DNA of 36,805 nucleotides from Bdellovibrionota bacterium (GTDB lineage Bacteria > Bdellovibrionota_C > UBA2361 > JBGSMV01), in NCBI GenBank assembly GCA_044356455.1, contig JBIKWF010000034.1:1-36805 (forward strand). The letters are read 5' to 3'. Positions 33,585-36,805 of this stretch are shown in pieces. Position 1 is the first letter of the stretch, and each line of letters begins with the position of its first letter. The notes under the pieces are model-generated. The model searched no databases, was not told the DNA's origin, and saw only the letters and a list, made by a program, of their open reading frames with translations. Made by a program: the position numbers and the translations under genes.

Positions 33585-35666
33585 CTAGACTGCCATCTCT
33601 AGCCCATGTTTATCCTTAAGCTGCGCAAGCACCTCATTCATGGTCTGGTCGACTTCTGCGTGTTCAAGCGTACGCTCCGGCGACTGGAATACGAGCCGCA
33701 AGGTGGTGCGCCTAAAATCTTCTCCTTCCTTCCGGAAGTCATCAGACACAAGAATGCTACGCACATGCGGCTTTTTCATTTCCTCAATAAAGCGCACTAT
33801 CCTGCCCGCCTGCTCACGCGCAGGTATTTTAAGCGTGACGTCTCTCTTCACCGACGGAAAGTCAGAAGGCAAATCTTGTGCCCTCACACCTGAAAGCTTG
33901 GTAAGGAGGGCGACCTCAAGCTCCGCATAGATAACATCAGTCTTAAGACCAAGCGCCGCTTTCATTCCGGGGTGGATAACACCGAAGTGGCCAACAATTA
34001 GCCGTCCTGCCTTAAGCGAGCCCTGCATCCCGGGATGCAAGAAGGGATACTCACTCTCGGAGACCGAAGCGGTCTGGCCGATTGACCGGACGAGTCCCTC
34101 AAGCACTCCTCGGAAGAGCTGAAGACGCTGCTCAAGCCCCTCACCTTTTTTCCACTCCCCTTCATACCAACGGCCCGAGGCGGCAAGAGTGACCACCTCT
34201 TTCTCGAAGGGGTACCCTTCTTTCGCCGCGAAATCAGGCGAAAAGACTCTCCCGACCTCAAATACTTTAGCACCCAAAAGACCGCGGCGCTGATTCATGT
34301 CGCAAAGTTGTGCAAGGTGAATCGCGTTGGTGACTTTAAGATGCGAGTAACTACTCTCGAGCGAATTTTTCATCTCGATGTGCCGAGGAAGTTTCTTGCC
34401 CGCAAGCTCCGTGAGCACCTTCACGGATTCTGCCGAGTAGTAACTGCGGGTCATCACTTCATAGAAGCCTTGGCCCAAAAAGACCGGCTCGAGGCGAGTC
34501 ATAAGCTGCTCAAGCACCGTCGGGTCTGCGGTTTCGGAATCAAGCGGCGGAAGCTCTTGGCGCACTCTTGATAAACTTAAGGCACGCGCCACTTCCTCCA
34601 CTAAATCATCGTGATTCTTAATGTCCCAAAGCCTCCAAGACGGCACGCCGACCTTAAAGTCGCCAGCCTCTCCTGCGGGCTCTATTGAATAGCCCAAATT
34701 CTTAAGACGCGAAGTGACTTCCACATCTGCAAGTCTTGGCAAATTGACCTGCCGCTTTACCTCTTTTAGAGAAAGCGTAAGTTTTCGCTTCTCGGCTTGA
34801 GCTCCTTCAACATAGGTGAGTCCAACGACATGAGCCCCGTCTTGGTCTTTAATGGCGCCCGCTGAGCCTTCCGCGAGATACACCAAGCGGCGCAAGGCAT
34901 ACATCACGCCTTCCACATCCGAGCCACGCTCGAACGCGTAAGAAGCGTCCGTGCTAATCCCCATGGCACGTGCTGTTTTACGAACCTGCACAGGATCAAA
35001 GGCCGCAGATTCTATAAGCGTGCGCGTGGTAGAAGCAGTCACCATGGAGTTCGCGCAGCCTATGACTCCCGCTACGGCAACAATTTTCTTGCGGTCACGG
35101 ATCAAAATTGAACGCGGAGGTACCGTATACGTCTTACCGTCCAACGCTTCGATAGTTTCAGAGGTCTCTGAAACATCAATGATAATTTCGCCGTCGATCT
35201 TTTCCCTATCGAAGGCGTGCATGGGCTGTCCGACTTCGAGCTGCAAATAATTGAGCAGATCAACTATTGCGGGCTTCTCTGATACCGCGCCTGGATACAT
35301 CACTGCGGCCACATCCGCACGCAGCTTCATGCCGAGCGGGAGAGTCATCTCTAAAAGCGCATACCTCGAGCAAAGATCCGTAACCTTTCGCACCGGAAGT
35401 GTGCCCTTTCGGTCCAGCAAGGGGGAGGCGATCGTGGGCGGATTAATTGCCTTTAGATAACGCGCAGAGAGCTCTCGCGCAGCACCAAGGGCGTATAAGT
35501 GATCGCCGCGATTGGCGAGTGTCTCAATAGTAAATATGGTCTTAAGCCCCTCGCCCTCTACTCCCTTTACTTCAAGGCCAAGATCGTCAAGCACCTGACG
35601 CAGCTCCTGCATGTCCTGCGAAGGTAGCTCAATAAGCTTTGAGAGAATGGAAACGTGCAGCTTCAT
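33585..35666 (-). CDS. pheT: Phenylalanine--tRNA ligase beta subunit (short form)
   Basis: NRGD...G.ARE, GQPMHAFD, TDASYAFERG, DLVEEVAR, FEVGRVF, FPSVKRD; downstream of pheS. Confidence 0.96.
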   Translation of the reverse strand: MKLHVSILSKLIELPSQDMQELRQVLDDLGLEVKGVEGEGLKTIFTIETLANRGDHLYALGAARELSARYLKAINPPTIASPLLDRKGTLPVRKVTDLCSRYALLEMTLPLGMKLRADVAAVMYPGAVSEKPAIVDLLNYLQLEVGQPMHAFDREKIDGEIIIDVSETSETIEALDGKTYTVPPRSILIRDRKKIVAVAGVIGCANSMVTASTTRTLIESAAFDPVQVRKTARAMGISTDASYAFERGSDVEGVMYALRRLVYLAEGSAGAIKDQDGAHVVGLTYVEGAQAEKRKLTLSLKEVKRQVNLPRLADVEVTSRLKNLGYSIEPAGEAGDFKVGVPSWRLWDIKNHDDLVEEVARALSLSRVRQELPPLDSETADPTVLEQLMTRLEPVFLGQGFYEVMTRSYYSAESVKVLTELAGKKLPRHIEMKNSLESSYSHLKVTNAIHLAQLCDMNQRRGLLGAKVFEVGRVFSPDFAAKEGYPFEKEVVTLAASGRWYEGEWKKGEGLEQRLQLFRGVLEGLVRSIGQTASVSESEYPFLHPGMQGSLKAGRLIVGHFGVIHPGMKAALGLKTDVIYAELEVALLTKLSGVRAQDLPSDFPSVKRDVTLKIPAREQAGRIVRFIEEMKKPHVRSILVSDDFRKEGEDFRRTTLRLVFQSPERTLEHAEVDQTMNEVLAQLKDKHGLEMAV

Positions 35667-35719
35667 GGGAAATCCTTAGAGAGGTGGCAAACCACTGTCA
35701 TGCCAACGTAGTTGTTAGA

Positions 35720-36805
35720 TTAAGGAAGCGCCTCGTATACTCTGAGATCATTTTCGTACGCGAGTTTAAGCGTGGGCAGCCCGCAAAGCTGACAAGCCAA
35801 GCGTGACGTTCCAAGACCGAATGCAAATCCAGTCACTTCTTCTGGATTATACTTAAACTCAGAAAGCACGTTGCGATGCACCATGCCGGCGCCTGCAATG
35901 GTCACCCAGCCTGATCCGCCACACGCGCCGCAGCCCGCCCCCTTACAAATAGAGCAATCAATCTGAGGCCCAATGCTTGGTTCCGTATAGGGATAAAACT
36001 TCGGAACGAATCTGACCTTGCGGCGCTTTCCGTAGAGGCCCTTTAAAATGTGCGTAATCAAAGCCATGAGATTGGAAAGCGTGAGCCCCTTCTCGATCCA
36101 GACAAGCTCAAATTGATGGAACATGGCTTGATGCGATGCGTCTTCTGTCTCATTGCGATACACACGCCCAAAAGAGGCCACCTTTACGGGCAAATTCCCC
36201 TTCTCAAGAGTGCGCGCCTGAACCGAAGTCGTGTGCGTGCGCAAAAGATGCAGCACCCCTGAAATAGGACGAGGGTTCCCTTCTGGAACCTCGCGCCCTG
36301 CTTCCCAAAGATCCCCTGCGTTCACGTAAAAGGTATCCTGCATATCTCGCGCGGGATGATGCGGGGGAATATTGAGAGAGTCGAAACAATAATATTCGTT
36401 CTCGATCTCAGGCCCGGGTATGTTAACGAAGCCAAAAGGCTTGAGGAGTTCTGCGATACGCCTTTCAACAATCGTGATGGGGTGCACGCGGCCAAGCCCA
36501 GGTGAAAGAGCGGGCAGTGAGGTGTCGATGTATTCATTCGTTAACGAGGCCGCGCGCTCTGCCGCAACAAGCTCCTGCTCCTTCGAAAGCACGAAACTTT
36601 CGGCTTGGGCTTTAAGCTCATTCATCTTGGCCGCAACGGCCGGCTTCTCTGCATGCGGCACTTCACGCAGACGCTGAAACAAATTTTTTATCGTGCCTTC
36701 TTTGCCAAGCCACTCGCGCTTTAGAGCCTCGAGCTCTGCCTTTGTCCGCACCGAAGCGCAGGCGGCACCGAGCTTTGTCGCTAATTCTTGAAGCGCTGTA
36801 ATTGT
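35720..36805 (-). CDS. pheS: Phenylalanine--tRNA ligase alpha subunit (5' end outside window)
   Basis: HHPARDMQDTF, LLRTHTT, GRVYRNE, FHQFE, YPYTEPS, GFAFGLG; frame stays open to the window edge. Confidence 0.97.
   Translation of the reverse strand, partial: TITALQELATKLGAACASVRTKAELEALKREWLGKEGTIKNLFQRLREVPHAEKPAVAAKMNELKAQAESFVLSKEQELVAAERAASLTNEYIDTSLPALSPGLGRVHPITIVERRIAELLKPFGFVNIPGPEIENEYYCFDSLNIPPHHPARDMQDTFYVNAGDLWEAGREVPEGNPRPISGVLHLLRTHTTSVQARTLEKGNLPVKVASFGRVYRNETEDASHQAMFHQFELVWIEKGLTLSNLMALITHILKGLYGKRRKVRFVPKFYPYTEPSIGPQIDCSICKGAGCGACGGSGWVTIAGAGMVHRNVLSEFKYNPEEVTGFAFGLGTSRLACQLCGLPTLKLAYENDLRVYEALP

Overview
A bacterial chromosomal window, mostly housekeeping and rich in translation genes: leuS, an archaeal/eukaryote-type proS, argS, pheS (partial) and pheT, a tRNA nucleotidyltransferase, trhO, rsmE, and tRNA-Asp, -Ile, -Ala and -Pro. 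It also carries a type III PKS plus methyltransferase pair, argP/argO, arginase, alkC, fliL, slyD and acyP. The intergenic DNA is the unusual part. It holds (i) a three-unit array of tRNA-Asp 3' ends with tail and terminator, containing an internally deleted IS481; (ii) a YTAG-bounded MITE family with a 9-bp-periodic hairpin core, two copies of which bracket alkC; (iii) a second CTAG MITE carrying an NrdR-box-like palindrome; (iv) a GTAG REP/REPIN-like array; and (v) an rrn-like promoter driving tRNA-Ile/tRNA-Ala with no rRNA genes. Protein-level oddities include an ArgRS lacking the conserved DGxxxYxTRD segment, a receiver-like/HigA-like fusion next to a JAB-motif protein, and a PheT without the OB-fold domain. 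All family assignments come from motif recognition by eye; no database searches were run.
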